This document shows, one piece after another, positions 63,598-64,000 of a DNA stretch of 64,000 bases. Under the pieces are notes generated by a model. It did not search any database, was not told the origin of the DNA, and worked only from the letters and a program-made list of their open reading frames with translations. Position 1 is the stretch's first letter. Each line of letters starts with the position of its first letter. Source of the DNA: Curvularia clavata (taxonomy: Eukaryota); NCBI GenBank assembly GCA_023920165.1, contig CP089274.1, forward strand, positions 1,426,001 to 1,490,000, written 5' to 3'. The translations under genes were made by a program, and so were the position numbers.

Positions 63598-64000
63598 CTA
63601 GGACTTCTCCGAGTGTCCGTGCTCATAGTACAGGTTTGCATCAATTTTGTCTCGAGATGCACGCTTTTTGATCATCACGGCCCGGAATAGGTTGGCGTTG
63701 AATTCAGATGGCATGTCTTCCAGAAGAGGCGCCCAGTCTGCTGTTGCATACTTGCTCCACATTTTGATCATAAGTCTCCTAGCTGGAGAATTCTTGGGAG
63801 TTCCGTCGTAGATGATTGTGACGGGAATTACGCCTGGACTGGGGAGATCTAGATGTGGCGTCTCGAATTTGGCTTCAGTGAAAGCATCGATGATAGCGTT
63901 CTTGAAAGCAGTGTCCATAAGTTTTTCGCCCAGTACATAGCACTTGCTAAGTGTGCAAAACTCGAAATCCACTTCTGTATTGTCCAGATCTTCGGCGGTA
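63598..64000 (-). CDS. BTB/POZ domain protein (3' part; runs off the right edge)
   Basis: LSKCYVLGEKLMDTAFKNAIIDA..IIYDGTPKNSPARRLMIKMW, a typical fungal BTB C-terminal signature. Confidence 0.8.
   Translation of the reverse strand, partial: TAEDLDNTEVDFEFCTLSKCYVLGEKLMDTAFKNAIIDAFTEAKFETPHLDLPSPGVIPVTIIYDGTPKNSPARRLMIKMWSKYATADWAPLLEDMPSEFNANLFRAVMIKKRASRDKIDANLYYEHGHSEKS

Noticed and set aside
1..64000. tRNA, rRNA, CRISPR arrays and TGA-CTA readthrough signals
   Set aside because: None were seen by eye. The TGA stops checked lack the CTA context; tRNAscan was not run.

Overview
Gene-dense, intron-containing DNA from a filamentous ascomycete. Short GT-AG introns with CTRAC branch points and the protein families suggest a Dothideomycete/Pleosporales-like fungus (inference). 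The core (3.4-54 kb) is mostly housekeeping genes: TFC4, SYS1, COA6, a TIGR02452/PARG-like gene, mitochondrial Asn-tRNA synthetase, mitoferrin MRS3/4, a Yta6/Sap1-like AAA ATPase, HOP2, ATG22, MED14, a DNA ligase I-family gene, eIF1, an S41 peptidase, eIF3k, TSR4, an OLE1-type desaturase, OXR1, TRM10 and NDUFA13. Both ends carry immune-type genes. The left end has a decayed NACHT/repeat NLR pseudogene. The right end has a head-to-head pair: a SesB-lipase/NB-ARC gene with no obvious repeat sensor domain, and an NTPase-less winged-helix/TPR gene with a degenerate C-terminal patatin domain, which I propose as a candidate split or paired NLR. Other highlights are a box C/D snoRNA (U44-like 18S guide) in eIF3k intron 1, three copies of a degenerate ~170-220 bp element with terminal inverted repeats, two tandem genes with a RING finger inserted inside a BTB domain, and an iron-GATA site upstream of mitoferrin. 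All gene models were spliced by eye; no database searches were run.
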